Below, one piece after another: positions 50,306-63,380 of a stretch of DNA of 64,000 bases (within the stretch, counting starts at the first letter, position 1; every line of letters starts with the position of its first letter). The DNA is taken from the NCBI RefSeq assembly GCF_006345805.1, contig NC_042997.1, positions 183,334,001 to 183,398,000 on the forward strand. The letters run 5' to 3'. This stretch comes from Octopus sinensis (Eukaryota). The translations under genes and the position numbers were made by a program. The notes under the pieces were generated by a model. The model made no database searches, had not been told where the DNA came from, and worked only from the letters and a program-made list of their open reading frames with translations.

Positions 50306-51891
50306 GTTAGTTAGTTAGTTAGTTAATTTGGCTCAAAAGCAAATAGCAAGGCCATGTAGGGGGACATGGAGTTAAGTACAGGGTGGTGTTCATGTAAAGA
50401 GTTCAGGCCACTTGAGGTCCAGGGAGGCTTTGAACAAAGTGGTCATCGGCATCTTCACCATCTCGTCTGGCAGCTTGTTTCACGGATCCGCAACCCGGAC
50501 GGAGAAAGCTCCTCTCCTTCGATTGAGATGAAATCATCGCAGGTAGAGCTTTTCGGAATGACCCCGCAGCCGACGCTCTGGAGCAGGAGTGAAGAACAGC
50601 TCTTTCGAGAGGTTACACTTTCCGCTTATGATGTTGTGGGCGAGAATGAGATCACTACGGCGGCGGCGTTTTTCAAGAGAATAAAGGTCGAGCGTCCTCA
50701 GCCTTTCTTCGTAGGATAAATTTTTGAGACCATGAACCATGCGGGTAGCCAGCTTCTGGACTCTTTCGAGATGCTGTATGTCTTTGAGGAGATAAGGAGA
50801 AGAGGCTTGAATCCCATACTCCAATATGGGTCTCACCAGCGTGACATAGAGTGGTAGGAATATGGCTACTGTGAGCATTCCGAATGACTGTCGAATCAAG
50901 AACAGAATTCCGCGTGCTTTGTTGGCAGCATGGACGCACTGGGCCGAAGGCGAAAAGGAGGAATCCACCAAGATACCTAGGTCCTTTACCTGATCGGTCC
51001 TCTCCAGCAGCAGACGACCCGGCTCGAAATCAAGTTGAGTTGCAGGAGTAGAGCCGACAGGCAGATGACAGCACTTTGACACATTCAGACACAGGTCCCA
51101 ATCGTTAGACCACTTCCAAATTTGGTGGAGGCATCGACGAAGATCCTCTATATTACCGCGAGGAGCGACCAGTTTGATATCGTCGGCAAATAGAAGGGTG
51201 TGTTGCGTGAGGTCGTCGGGCAAGTCATTTATGAAGACTAAGAACAACAAGGGCCCAAGCACTGAACCTTGAGGCACGCCACTGCTCGCACTGGAGACGG
51301 ACCGCGAACCATTAACTTGGACTTGGAAGGAGCGATCTGAGAGGAAGGCACCAACCCATCGTACAATATCCGGATGGAAACTATATGCTTGAAGCTTGAC
51401 AAGTAATAGGCGGTGGTTTACCGAGTCAAAAGCTTTGGCAAAGTCCAGTAAAACGATGTCAACAGCATCACTATCATCGAGGATGCGCGTCACCAATTCT
51501 TCCATTACTAGTAAGTTGGTCAAGCATGATCTCTTCGGCACAAAGCCGTGTTGGGAATCGGAGATAGAGGCTGTGTTTAGGAGGTGGAGCATCATACTTT
51601 TCTTAAGGATGGTTTCGAACATCTTGCTGATTATTGATGTATGGGAAACCGGTCGGTAGTTAAGCGGGTCTTCGCGGCTCCCTTTCTTGAAAATTGGGCA
51701 GATTATCGCTGTTCTCCAGTCTGCAGGTATAACACCCATCGCCAATGACATTGAATAGTCGTGTTAAGGGCTCGCAGATGACCGGAGCCAACGCTTTGAT
51801 AACCCGTGGGTGTATGCCGTCAGGGCCGTGACCCTTGTTGACATCAAGGCCTTGAATAACACGTTTGACTTCGTCCCGCGTGATGACCAAT
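50306..51891 (-). mobile_element. CR1/L2-group LINE, 5'-truncated, GC-rich, RT almost intact
   Basis: 405-aa ORF with QHGF, LDFAKAFDSV, GVPQGSVLGPLLF, FADD; frameshift near 51752; TGA stops near the 3' end; (AACT)n tail; inserted in an RTE tail. Confidence 0.92.
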
Positions 51892-52207
51892 CGAAGCCAT
51901 CTGGTTCACCAGTCTTCAGTCAAATCGTCCAACCCATGCTAGCATGGAAATCGGACGTTAAACGATGATGATGAAATGTGAGATGCAGACAAATATACAA
52001 TCTAAATCTTAAGATTTACATCACACACATGCATAACAAAGAAAATAACATTACTAGACACTGAAAATATTACATATTCTCGATATAAAAGAAAAACACA
52101 AACTATACTGTGTTCTGAAGGCATGTGTAGCCGTGTTGGGTTGTGATATAAAAATATGTAATAGAACAAGTGCAATAAAGAATTAAAAACATCAGCCTTC
52201 AACTCAC

Positions 52208-52348
52208 TTTACTTTCTGTATTGAGGATAGTATCGAAGTCCTTGAATCCATCAATGTTGAATTTTATAAGTTCACCCAAGAGATCAAAACTACTCTGAAG
52301 AATCTCTTTGTTGGCTATATCATGTTTCACAATATTACCAGCAACGTG
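52208..52348 (-). CDS. TRPC4AP: TRPC4AP exon (HVAGNIV...LQSSFDLLGELIKFNIDGFKDFDTILNTESK)
   Basis: Matches human LQSYFDLLGELMKFNVDAFKRF; AG/GTGAGT. Confidence 0.93.
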
Positions 52349-52888
52349 CTAAAAAAGAAAGAAAAAAAATATATATACATATATATCCTTCATTAGTTAA
52401 AGTGATGAGTAAACTGGTAAGAAATTATATATCAAGAGGGAGAGAAAGATTTTCTTTTGACTGTTTTAGATTTAATATTACATGCTTACGTGTGGATGAG
52501 AGGATTTTTTACTGGTGCAGTTTTTTTTTCATATTGCTAACCAAAGTTGGAACCTTTTCTTTTGCATTAGTCAAGCAAAATTCAGAGTTAAATTCCTTGT
52601 TCTTGAACTTGACAATGAATGAAAATGCGATTTGAGGGAGATTTGGCTGCCACATCAAGTGAACATAGAGACTTCAATGGCTTACATATAAAATATTAAC
52701 AGTAGTAGTCACTATCCATTACATGAAGAGAAACTGCCATGCTTGAAAAACAAAAATGGAGTTCATAAGAGTCTTAATAAATATTGAAATCTGTGTGTGC
52801 ACAACAATGCAACAGGATCTTAAATACTTTTTTTAATAAGCTACAAGTAGTTGTATAACAAAGTCCATAAGTAGTCAAGGACTGCAGA

Positions 52889-53264
52889 TCGGGTTCCTAC
52901 AGCCGGTCTGCGTCATTGCCTGAATCTCCGGCCCCTCCGGTGCTTCTACAACGGCACTTAAGGTGGTTCGGTCATGCAGCCCGGTCTCCAGAAGGTGAAC
53001 TGATTTGCGATGTCCTCCTTCCACCGCCGCTTCCCAGCTGGCTCAAATGCACGGGCGGGCAGCTGAAGACCTGGGCAATGACAATAAAATAAAGGAGGAC
53101 CTCTCTGAACTCTCAGGTCCAAAGGTGGTCAGTCTGTGCAGATGGAACCGTGAATGGCTCGCTATCTCCAGTGACCTCGCACGGGACTGTCGGGCGTGGG
53201 CTGTCATGACCTGAGAAGAAGCCAGCTCACCCGCCCTGGGTGAACGCCGTCACAAGCAAGCAAG
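52889..53264 (+). mobile_element. GC-rich RTE-type LINE 3' fragment
   Basis: LRWFGHAARSPEGELI-type RT C-terminus; (CAAG)n tail; 13-bp TSD CAAGGACTGCAGA at 52876-52888 and 53265-53277. Confidence 0.8.
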
Positions 53265-53744
53265 CAAGGACTGCAGACTTCAGATAACATACAAAATTAT
53301 TCCTGGATATGTAGTAGTGATAAAATAAACAGAGACAGACATGCTCAAACAGAAAGTTATATTTGTACACTGATATCAAACTGCTACAACTAGTAGCCAA
53401 CAAATGCACTATTTCTTCTACTATGACTACAACAGATTCTGCTCATTTGAACCAAGATGCATACATCTCTGTTGAAATCTACCCATATTAACCACAATAA
53501 ACTCTTTTCCTGCCAAGATTACAAATCTATTAAACCTCCTCTCTCCCTTTAGGCATTAGCATAGGAAAGTTCAAGCTGAACATTATTTACATTGGTAGCA
53601 ACAATTTGGGTAGGACTCCAGAATCCAAGGGTATTGCTCTATTCACTTTCCAACCTCAACTAAATTAACATCAAAAACTTAATTTTAAATAAAGTGAGAC
53701 AGAGAAAGAAATCGAAAAACAGGGAAAGAAAAAAAAACAATTAC

Positions 53745-53835
53745 CTGAAGCAAATCCCGCCGCATAAGAAAAATCTGATCACAGTAGGAAGTGTTACCCC
53801 TAAGATAACTTTCAACAGCTCGAGCTAACCAAAAC
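53745..53835 (-). CDS. TRPC4AP: TRPC4AP exon (FWLARAVESYLRGNTSYCDQIFLMRRDLLQ)
   Basis: Matches human FWQARAVESFLRGTTSYADQMFLLKRGLLE; AG/GT. Confidence 0.94.
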
Positions 53836-55541
53836 CTGCAAGGAAGATTAGTTCATGTAAGTGTGTGTGTGTAATATAAATATATATATACAAGCAAAAC
53901 GCTCCCCCATCCAATGGACGGTGCTGAGTTTAAACCAAATTTTCTCAAAACTTGTCTGACCGTCCCATAGGTCTCCTCTTTAATATATGATATAATGAAA
54001 TTATTGTATACAGTGCTCAGGTGCACCACAACTTGTCGAAAGTGTGTATAAAGCATATGCAGTAATGTACAAATGTCTGGAAAGTGAACAGTGTATGAGT
54101 CAGATACATGCTTGCATGTGTATGGAGGGGAGAAAATCAGGTGTAGTGTTGGCGAATCTCAGAAAGCATGGAAGTTTTGAGAAACACTGATTTAACCTAA
54201 ATTTGAGACACCAGCAAAAGAAGAAATAAAGATAGGCTTTTTTCTATTCCAAAGAATGCTTTATCGATCACATTCTCACCTGGAACTGATTTTGTAATTT
54301 TTTCAAGACTTATACACGCCCTGATACCGTCGGTGTCTACATATCAAATTTTAGCGTAATTGGGTGGAGGGTAACCAAGATCCTAGAAGACACACACACA
54401 CACAGACAGAATGGATTTTATATAATATATATATATATATATATATGATGGGCTTCAGAAAACCTGTTCAGCAAAGTAAAATTGAGGCCATGCTCCCACA
54501 CACAATCTATCCCCGACAAACCTCTTCTATGGCCCGTCTTTCCAACAACTCTCCCACCATCCGCCGCTCGTGTTCAGCACTCATAACGTTCCCCTCCCCT
54601 CTATCTTCCACCTGCACACTATGATCCAAACAAATCACTTCCCCATAACATCCTCCTAACAGCTCCCTTCTAGCCACTCACTACATTCTCCTCCCCTAGT
54701 ATCTTCCACTTTTGTGATCCCATTGTGTCCAATCTCTGGTCTACTGTGCTATATACACTTTCCTGTAACTTGGATGTACACCCTCTCACATATTTACCAT
54801 CTCATCTCTCTCCAACTGAGGCAGTCTCTACTGCAAGGCACCTATTTCTTCACTGCTGCTGGTGCTACATAAAAAGCACCCAGTACACTCTGTAAAGTGG
54901 TTGGTGTTAGAAAGGGCATCCATCTGTACAAATCATACCAAAGCAGGCAGAGCTTGGCACAGTCTTCTGACTTGCCAGCTCCTGTCAAACCATCCAATCC
55001 ATGCCAGCATCAAAGGAAGATGTAAAATGATCTTATAATCCCTTGTAGGAATGTTCAAATATGAAACTCATCCCTATAGTTTACAGACACACCTTTTTTA
55101 AATAGTAATTCATAAATAGTCTGTCTCAATTTTGACTCCTTTCTAAGTATAACCCCACAATGAACCTGCAAAATGTATATAAGGTAATTTTAGAAAAAGA
55201 CTTAAATATGCAAACTATTACTAACACAAATTCATTATACAAATAGTTTTTCTAAAATAGAGCTATATCATACAACTTATTCTGGATTTAAGAATACTGG
55301 TCTCTATTACCAGTATAGGGTCACAAATTTGTAAGAGGAGGAGTATAATCAATTGAACTAACTCAGTATATTACTAGTACTTATTCAACTAGCTGTGGTA
55401 AAGAAAGATAAACTTGAACCAGGACTGTAAAGGGATGCAACTAAATACCATAGTCTATTACTCTAACAATTCAACCACTTCAATGCCTTTGAAGTTAAGA
55501 ATGCTGCACAACTTATATTCTCAAAACTGTAATATACTAAC

Positions 55542-55625
55542 CGGAATGTTGATGTCGTTGGCTCTTTCTTCATGACTTCAACTATTTTCGTCAGCAATCC
55601 TTTGCTCCCTCTACACATCAGCTGC
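55542..55625 (-). CDS. TRPC4AP: TRPC4AP exon (QLMCRGSKGLLTKIVEVMKKEPTTSTF)
   Basis: Matches human LVCDGKRGLLTRLLQVMKKEPAESSF; AG/GTTAGT. Confidence 0.92.
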
Positions 55626-55729
55626 CTGGAAAGAGAAAGAGTTAGACACCACGTTATAGATATAGAAAATTGAGGAAGTTAAGCAGTACAACATTTACTT
55701 TCAGAACAAGGACAAAATACCAGACTTAC

Positions 55730-55775
55730 TTGTTTAAATAATCAAGATTTTGTAATGCCAATGGACCAGCATGAG
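55730..55775 (-). CDS. TRPC4AP: TRPC4AP small exon (HAGPLALQNLDYLN)
   Basis: Strong CAG/GTAAGT sites; phase 1 to 2 links its neighbours in frame. Confidence 0.82.
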
Positions 55776-57131
55776 CTGAAAAATAAAGTTATCAGTTAAT
55801 GCCATATGAGTTTGATGTTTTAAAATTATCATCTTAATGATTTTACATGTTTTTCTAATAGATTATAGAAATTTGGATATACACACAAACATAAGTTGGA
55901 ATGACACTAAGTTCAGAAATTAGACAGGTACATACATAAATCTATCATGTGCAAACAGGCATGATGTTGTTGTCATTGCCATCATTTAACATCCCCTTTC
56001 CACGCTGGCATGGGTTGGACAGTTTGACTGAAGACTGGTGAGCGAGAAGGCTGCACCAAGCTCAATCTGATCATTTGCAACATAAAAGCTCAGCTGCACT
56101 GCAGATGTGAACATCCTTTCCAAAATCAACAAGGAAAATATGAACAACTGCATTAAAATCTGCTGCTCCTCTACCTTGATCATAAATTCACATATCAATA
56201 ATTATTGGTGTATTTAGTTATGCTAATAAATGTTTGACAATCTGGAAGAGTTAGGATTGTCAGACAAAGAGACCAATTAATATGCAAAACTTTTAAGTTC
56301 CACATGTAACACCTGTTATCCAAATTTCAGAGATGGTTCTTTGTTAGAACCAGCTCCTTCCATGCAGAAAGGATTCTAATAAAAAAAGAAAAAAAAAAAA
56401 AATATATATTTGTATTTGCTTGATACTGACAATTCGTCTGTCACAAACCAATGCACTTGGAATAGAGATGGAGTGAACCATTAGCCCCTAAACAAACTCT
56501 GCTTTTATGTATTGAGTACTTTTTTCATTTATTTCTACACCCAAATACATACAAGACAAGAAGACAGAACAACAAAAATTCTGTAGAGAATTGGATAGAT
56601 TCATGCTCAGTATGCCACAGTGAATATAAAATAATGCTAAATGTTTGTTATACATGGAGTTTCATTCCTTGACAGTGAAACATAAGCTGACTGGTACACT
56701 GTACCCAACACCCCTAAACATTGTAATATCATGATTTCACCACCCTGGATGAGTACTTTTCTTTTTATTGACCCTGAAAGGATGAAAGGAAAAGCTGACT
56801 TTAGTGGGATTTGAACTGAAAGAGCAGAGACTTGGAACAAATACCACAGTGTTCTCTCCAACATCCTAATGACTGCCTTCTAAGATACAATATGGAGGCC
56901 AACAAATCATAGATTTCAAACCTGCCATAGTTACAGCATTGTCTATAGATAAAATAGGAACTGAATATTTAAATGTGCTAGACCTCTGACAAATGCCATA
57001 AGCATTATACCATCAAGCCGGAAATATCATGTAGCCTTCACCTGCCTATATGGAAACAAAAAATTGATAAAGAACAGCAGAAAGTCCATTTGTTTTACAA
57101 AAGAAAAAAAAAAAAAAAGAGAGAATTTTAC

Positions 57132-57187
57132 CATTAATGTTCTTGATTTCATTCAGTTCATTTCTAGATAACAATAGATGCTTGTAA
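57132..57187 (-). CDS. TRPC4AP: TRPC4AP exon (YKHLLLSRNELNEIKNIN)
   Basis: Matches human NKYLLLNNQELNELSAI; AG/GT; phase 2 to 1. Confidence 0.88.
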
Positions 57188-57574
57188 CTGAAAAAAGAGA
57201 AAATGGGATGAAGAAATTAATTTTTATTGAGGAGAGAGATTTCGCTGAGAAGTAGTGTTGAGTAATTGGGGGAATGGAGATCAATGCTTCAGACCTATGT
57301 ATACAAATTTTATTACAGGCAACCAATGCTAAAAGTTATACCTAAAAGTACTTAGTGGTTACTCAGTAGATGCAAAATCTATAGGATTCTTAAGAAAGAA
57401 AAACACTGAATTGTATGTAGGTTTCCTTTTCTAGGCTCCAAAGATGTTCAACATTTAATTATATAATGCTTGCATTGCTTCTATCAGAAAGATAGTCCTA
57501 CCCCATAAAACCTATTGACAGTTAGGTGATTTTAACATGTTAAAATGTCTGTCACAGACAGGGTACTGTGCTAG

Positions 57575-57885
57575 TGATGGATTGTTGTTTGTTCCTTCTC
57601 GAGCCATGCCTGGCTCATAAGGGCCGGTTTCCTGGTTTCCTTGGCGCATAGGTTCCCCACCTGGACAGAACGCCAGTCCGTCGCAGGTGAGCTGCAAGAT
57701 GCAGGAGGAAAAAGTGAGAGAAAGTTGTGGCAAAAGAGTCAGCAGAAGTTTGCCATTACTTTCTGCCGGTGCCGCATGGAGCTTAGGTGTTTTGCTCATA
57801 AACACACATCGCCCGGTCTGAGATTCGAACCCGTGATCCCTTGACCGTGAGTCCGCTGCTCTAACCACTAGGCCATGTGCCTCCA
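57575..57885 (-). mobile_element. tRNA-derived SINE
   Basis: GGCACATGGCCTAGTGGTTAGAGCAGCGGAC...GGGTTCGAATC head; near-identical copy at 63085. Confidence 0.85.
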
Positions 57886-58493
57886 CTAGTGATGGATTAT
57901 AAACCATCAATTATTTAGCTACAAGTTCAACACCCTATTAACTTCAGTTGTATTTAGGGTCAGACATACATTTACAATAAAATAAGATTGCATCACAATA
58001 ACCTTCCACTTTGGGATGACAAAATGCTTCAGCTTTAACAAATTCTAGCCCTTTAAACAAAGCTCAAATGAGACTCACAATAGAATGCTGCTCTCACCTT
58101 TGAGCTGGCGCTATTGCTACACACAAAGACATCCTAGACTATAAAAATAGAAAAATTCACACACAACTAATTGCACAAAGTCCACTCTTTGCCTTTTCTA
58201 TTGCTATTGTAATTGCCTGCTCCTCAGAGCTAGCTGGTCTTGTGCTCTTACCATTCAGATACTCCTAGCTAACCCTGTCCATATTGTGCTCCTCCTTTGA
58301 CTCCACATTAGTCATTATGCCCAGTTTTTCCTTCCCAGAACACCCATCCTCTGGCATTTTTCTCACAACACATATCCTGCAACTGTACAATTTTACCAGC
58401 CCTGTGAAGGCCATTTGTACAGACCCTTCACCTTTTGTCCAGACAAGACCAATAAATTAAAAGGATAAAAATAAAAAATAAAACTACACTTAC

Positions 58494-58552
58494 TCTGAGT
58501 GATCACAAAAACTATGAACAAGTCGAAGGAACTGGATTTTTAAAGCAACTTC
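58494..58552 (-). CDS. TRPC4AP: TRPC4AP exon (EVALKIQFLRLVHSFCDHS)
   Basis: Matches human TLKIQFLRLLQSFSDHH; AG/GTAAGT. Confidence 0.93.
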
Positions 58553-58879
58553 CTATTAAAGGATGAATAAAAAGAATGTTATATATATTATAAAAAAAAC
58601 AAATTTTGAAAAAAATATACCAGGATTGATATTAAAATATATTACATTTGATATTAATATCAAATTAAGTTGGAGAAATAAGGCATTAAAATGATGAAAA
58701 CCATTATCATCCTTCACAAATTAGTTTTATGCTAGAGTTCTAAAAGGGATGGAAATATTTAAATATTTTCAAAATTAATGATAGATCCTGGCATCATATT
58801 TTGACAAATAACTTGGTACTTTTTCACTGTAACTTCTCAAAACCAAGCTAATATATGATATCCATGATGAACTAAGATC

Positions 58880-59345
58880 CATAAACAGCCAATGCATTAC
58901 CTCTGTATCAACATGTTCCAAGAAGCAACTAGAGCAAAAGGTGCCAAACTTTGGTATTAAAACCTACCACTCACTGCGCCACGGAAGACGCTGCCAGCTA
59001 CCACCAATCAACAAAAAGGCTGGCCAGGCAGCAAAAACCCTGCGAGAGTCAAGTCTGTTGGTTCGAGGAGCACAACTATTCAACTCCATTCCGGTACATG
59101 TCAGAAATCTATCAGGATGCAGTGTGGAATCATTCAAATTGCAGCTGGATAGATACTTAAGCACCACTAGAGATGAACCCCATCTCCCAGGATACACACA
59201 ACGAGCACAAACTGACTCAAACTCGCTCCTACACATGTCAAAATTAAACAGAGAATACAACCTGGCAACCACACCAGACTCTGAGGGTGGAGTCTTCGAC
59301 TTGGCCTGAGCATGGACTCAAACTCAAATGAAATGAAATGAAATG
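58880..59345 (+). mobile_element. CR1/L2-type LINE 3' fragment
   Basis: RGAQLFNSIP...FKLQLDRYL...DEPHLPGY; (AAATG)n tail. Confidence 0.8.
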
Positions 59346-59710
59346 GTAATAAAGTAGTAAAAATTTTGCATGTATTTTTCTAATGGTTTGGCTATGACTA
59401 AAGCTTTTGCAGACTTTCCAAAATAGGTAAGGAGGTAAGGCTGATATGTTCTGGATTGAGGAAGACTACAGATTTATGGGTAGGGAAAGAATTCAAAAGG
59501 GCCAGTATTCTGAGAAAGAATTTGGTATAGCAGGCAATGCAAAAGTTGTAAGGTGGGGGTAACAGAGACAATATGAGCGATGAGAGAGACATGCGAGTTA
59601 AGAGGACCAGAGTGAAAGTGGCCCAAGAACTCAACTTTAAGGAGCAGAGACTATTGTAGTAGTGAAAGAAAAAAAAACGCAGGAAAAACTAGCAATAAAC
59701 CAATACTTAC

Positions 59711-59771
59711 TGGACTACATTCACAGCTTGAATTGTGTCCAATTAGCCGGTGACGTACTCCATGTCGTGTT
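59711..59771 (-). CDS. TRPC4AP: TRPC4AP exon (TRHGVRHRLIGHNSSCECSP)
   Basis: Matches human HGHNQNCDCSP; AG/GTAAGT. Confidence 0.9.
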
Positions 59772-60284
59772 CTAAATGAAATATAACAATATTCTATTTA
59801 TTATTATATTTTAATCCACTGACAGTAAACATTTATCTCTTAACCCTTAGGAGACAACAGGGCTGATCTATCAGCAGAAAAGTCAAATGATGAAGATTGT
59901 ATTAATTCATTCAATTTCCTACAAGAATATATAGTTTTATATATGTAATTATTTTATAATTTTTTTAAAAAATAAGTGCATGCCCTTATGTGAAAAGGGC
60001 TCTATCTTCTTGGCACTGAAACTCCAAATGTGGCTTTGTCTCCAAAGGGTTAAATAACCTCCATCTCCATAATACACAAAACAGGTCAGAACAACACAGT
60101 TCAGTTTTTCGTTTCCACCATATGTATATGAAGGGGTGATGGGACAAGAATACATAATGGATAAAGGGAATGATGAATAAGAAATGTTTGGAATGGAACA
60201 CACTATCAAATGTTTCTTATAGAAATAAACATTTCTATAGAAATAAAGAAAATAGTATAATTGAGAAATATTCTAACAACTTAC

Positions 60285-60364
60285 ACTTGACATTTCCATA
60301 TAAATTGATCAAAAAGTTCACTTAATCCAGGAGCTAGCTTTAATTCAGCTAATTTTCTCTGCAC
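60285..60364 (-). CDS. TRPC4AP: TRPC4AP exon (VQRKLAELKLAPGLSELFDQFIWKCQ)
   Basis: Matches human VHRMIAEFKLIPGLNNLFDKLIW; AG/GTAAGT. Confidence 0.92.
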
Positions 60365-60479
60365 CTGGAAGAAAAATCAAAATATACATAAGGGAATGAA
60401 AGAGGATTATTTGATGGAGGTTTCAAAAATGTCAGATTGAATGACAATGAAATATGAATAACGAAAACAGAGAATCTGA

Positions 60480-61530
60480 AGTTTAATGGAATGAATTCAG
60501 TGTAGTGATATAAGTTGGTAAAGATAGTATAAAACTAAAAATATTTAAAATACAGTCATTAGATTTGGATTTAAATTGAATATAAGATTGACTGAGGGAG
60601 AAGTTTAGGAAATGGAAGGAGGTGTTTGAAAGCAAGGGTTTAAAGGTAAACCTCAGGAAGACAAAGGTGATGGTGAGCAGGGTGGAAGAAGTGTTAGTAA
60701 GGTAGATCCATGTGGTGTGTGTGAGAGAGACGGGTAATGGCAAATGTGGTGTTGTGTATGAAATGTGAGAAATGGATTCATGGTAGATGTACGTAAATGA
60801 AGAAGGTGACCCAAAGAGATTTTATTTGTGGAAGATGTGAGAAAGAAGCTGGAGGGGTGGCGGAATCAGCGGAAATGCTACGTGATGAGATGGAAACGGC
60901 GAGGGTTTTGTTATTTGGTAGATAGGGTGGATGTAAGTGGTGGATTTGAAGCAGCTGTGACAACAAGAGCGAGACTTGGCTGGGTGAAGTTCAGGGAATG
61001 TGGAGTGTTATTATATGGGAAAAAGTTCTCCTTGAAGATGAAAGGAAGGGTTTATCGGAGTTGTGTGAGAGCTGCAATGATGTATGGGAGTGAGACATGG
61101 TGTCTGAGGGAAAGTGAAATGGCAATTTTGAGAAGGACCGAGAGAGCAATGGTGAGAGCAATGTGTGGTGTGAAACTATTGGATAAAAGGAGGGCTGAGG
61201 ACTTGATGGAGATGCTGGAGGAATCAGTGGAACAGTTAGCAAGGGCAAATGGAGTGCTGTGGTATGGACATGTGATGAGGAGGGATGAGAATCATGTTCT
61301 GAGGAAAGTGTTTGAGGTTAAAGTGAATGAACTGTGAAAGCAAGGTTGAAAAAAGAACACATGGAGGGAACAGGTGGAGGAGGAGATTGGGAGGATTGGC
61401 TTGAGGAGGGAGGATGCCCAAAACTGGGCGAGATGGTGTGAGAGCAGTTACCGTAAGAGTGAGGTAGATTTGGCCACCCCTGTTAACTGGGACAAACCCG
61501 GATTTAAAATATTGGAATTCATTCATTGAG
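60480..61530 (+). mobile_element. RTE LINE 3' fragment (second RTE family)
   Basis: GWVKFREC...KGRVYRSCVRAAMMYGSETW...WYGHVMRR. Confidence 0.85.
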
Positions 61531-61824
61531 ACATATTAAAAGTATTGCAAACTCGTTCTACTCCTAAAAGATCAAAAAATTTGATGATGATTGTTACAAC
61601 TTTAACCAGAAAATATTTTTGTTAAAAGATGGACCAGAGCTGTTTTCAAACAAGCAGATTTCCAAGGTACTATTATATTCCTTTGCTAATATATGGGGAC
61701 AAAAACCTATATAAGCTGTCAATTATACCTAATCCTAAGCACAAATATTACATAACCAGGACAATAATCTCATGGAGAGGGTTGCATCAAAAACTGTATC
61801 CAACTATAATACATTACTACTCAA

Positions 61825-62150
61825 CATCATCCTCATCATTTAACGTCCGCTTTCCATGCTAGCATGGGTTGGACGATTTGACTGAGGACTGGCGAACCAG
61901 ATGGCTATGCGAGGCTCCAGTCTAATCTGACAGAGTTTTTACAGCTGGATGCCCTTCCTAATGCCAACCATTCCAAGAATGTAGTGGGTGCTTTTATGTG
62001 CCACTGGCACAAGGGCCAGTCTGGCGGTACTGGTAACGACCACACTCGAAATGGTGTTTTTATGTGCCACCTGCACAGTAGTCAGTCCAGCAGCACTGGC
62101 AATGACCTCGCTCGAATGTTTTGTTCACGTGCCAGTAAGGCGATGTGAAC
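61825..62150 (-). mobile_element. RTE 3'-tail fragment
   Basis: Reverse complement of the shared tail. Confidence 0.8.
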
Positions 62151-62291
62151 ACATTGGATGAAAATACGAAACCTTGCAAATCTTTAGACCACAGATCAAA
62201 GAATCTTTTTTAGTGTCTTCAATATACATGCTTGAACATAAAATTTAAACATTTTTGCATAATTGCTATAAACACCATAAATGCAACTTAC

Positions 62292-62425
62292 TTTTTTCCG
62301 ATGTTTACCCAGTAAGAATAAGCCAAGAACATAAACAACTTCCACTCGTTGTGCAAGATCTTCTGTTATTCGTAAACCTTGCTGAGTTTTTAAAGAGGAA
62401 CCTCGTGCAGTAGCAACAGAAATTC
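62292..62425 (-). CDS. TRPC4AP: TRPC4AP exon (ISVATARG...RVEVVYVLGLFLLGKHRKK)
   Basis: Matches human KLEVLYVLCVLLMGRQRNQ; AG/GTAAGT. Confidence 0.9.
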
Positions 62426-63084
62426 CTGCAAAGATAAAAATGAAAATAAGAAATACAAAAGACAATGAAATAAGTACTATACTGTGTTAGCTCTAAATAC
62501 TGAAATTATAAATCACACTCTAAATTTTTCCTTTCTTTGCAAAGAACCATCATTAATTCAAGAAACCGTCAGGAAGATTGCCCAGATCTTTTAGTCATCA
62601 AAATGTATGTCTTATCCTACAACTGCCAGCAGATTGCTTTAAACAAAAGATTCCAGAAATAAAAATACTACACAAAAGATCTGTTAATGTAGAATATTTT
62701 GGTGGAGGTCAGTCTGATTGAGCTGACCTATGATAAAAAATTCCAACCAATACACACACACACACACATGTAATGAACTGACAGAATTGTTACTATGCCA
62801 GAAAAAATGCTTAGAGGCATTTCTAGCTTTACATCCTGAGTTCAATCAGATGCACACGCAAGAGAAAGAGAGGACAGTATTGGTAATGGACATGTGAAAC
62901 ATATGGAGAATGACAGTTGTATAAAAAGTGTCATGTGCTCCAAAGTGAATGGTGTCTGTGGAAGAGGGAGATTGAGAAAAACATGGGAAGAAATAGTGAA
63001 GACTGCTCAAGGTGTTGCATTTGATAAGAGAAACGAGAAAGAACCATGTTGATTGGTGACAGTGCTGGAGAAGACTTATCCACT

Positions 63085-63380
63085 CATGTTGTTTATTCCT
63101 TCTCGAGCCATGCCTGGCTCATAAGGGCCGGTTTCCCCGTTTCTTTGGCGTATAGGTTCCCCACCTGGACAGGACGCCGGTCTGTCGCAGGTGAGCTGCA
63201 AGATGCAGGAGGAAAGAGTGAGAGAAAGTTGTGGCGAAAGAGTCAGCAGAAGTTCGCCATTACCTTCTGCCGGAGCCGCGTGGAGCTTAGGTGTTTTGTT
63301 CATAAACACACACACATCGCCCGGTCTGAGATTCGAACCCGCGAGTCCGCTGCTCTAACCACTAGGTCGTGTGCCTCCAC
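63085..63380 (-). mobile_element. tRNA-derived SINE
   Basis: Homologous to 57575-57885. Confidence 0.85.

Noticed and set aside
50366-51659. Plus-strand ORFs of 117 and 87 aa
   Set aside because: Antisense shadows of the LINE RT.
57800-57885. tRNA-like A/B-box sequences (also at 1-211, 63300-63380 and the SINE heads)
   Set aside because: SINE heads attached to repeat bodies, not complete tRNA cloverleafs.
58079-58116. Candidate alternative TRPC4AP exon (NSASSKVRAAFY) with AG/GTGAGT and the same phases as 57132-57187
   Set aside because: No similarity to TRPC4AP; the 57132 exon matches well. It would need junction reads to be revived as a mutually exclusive exon.
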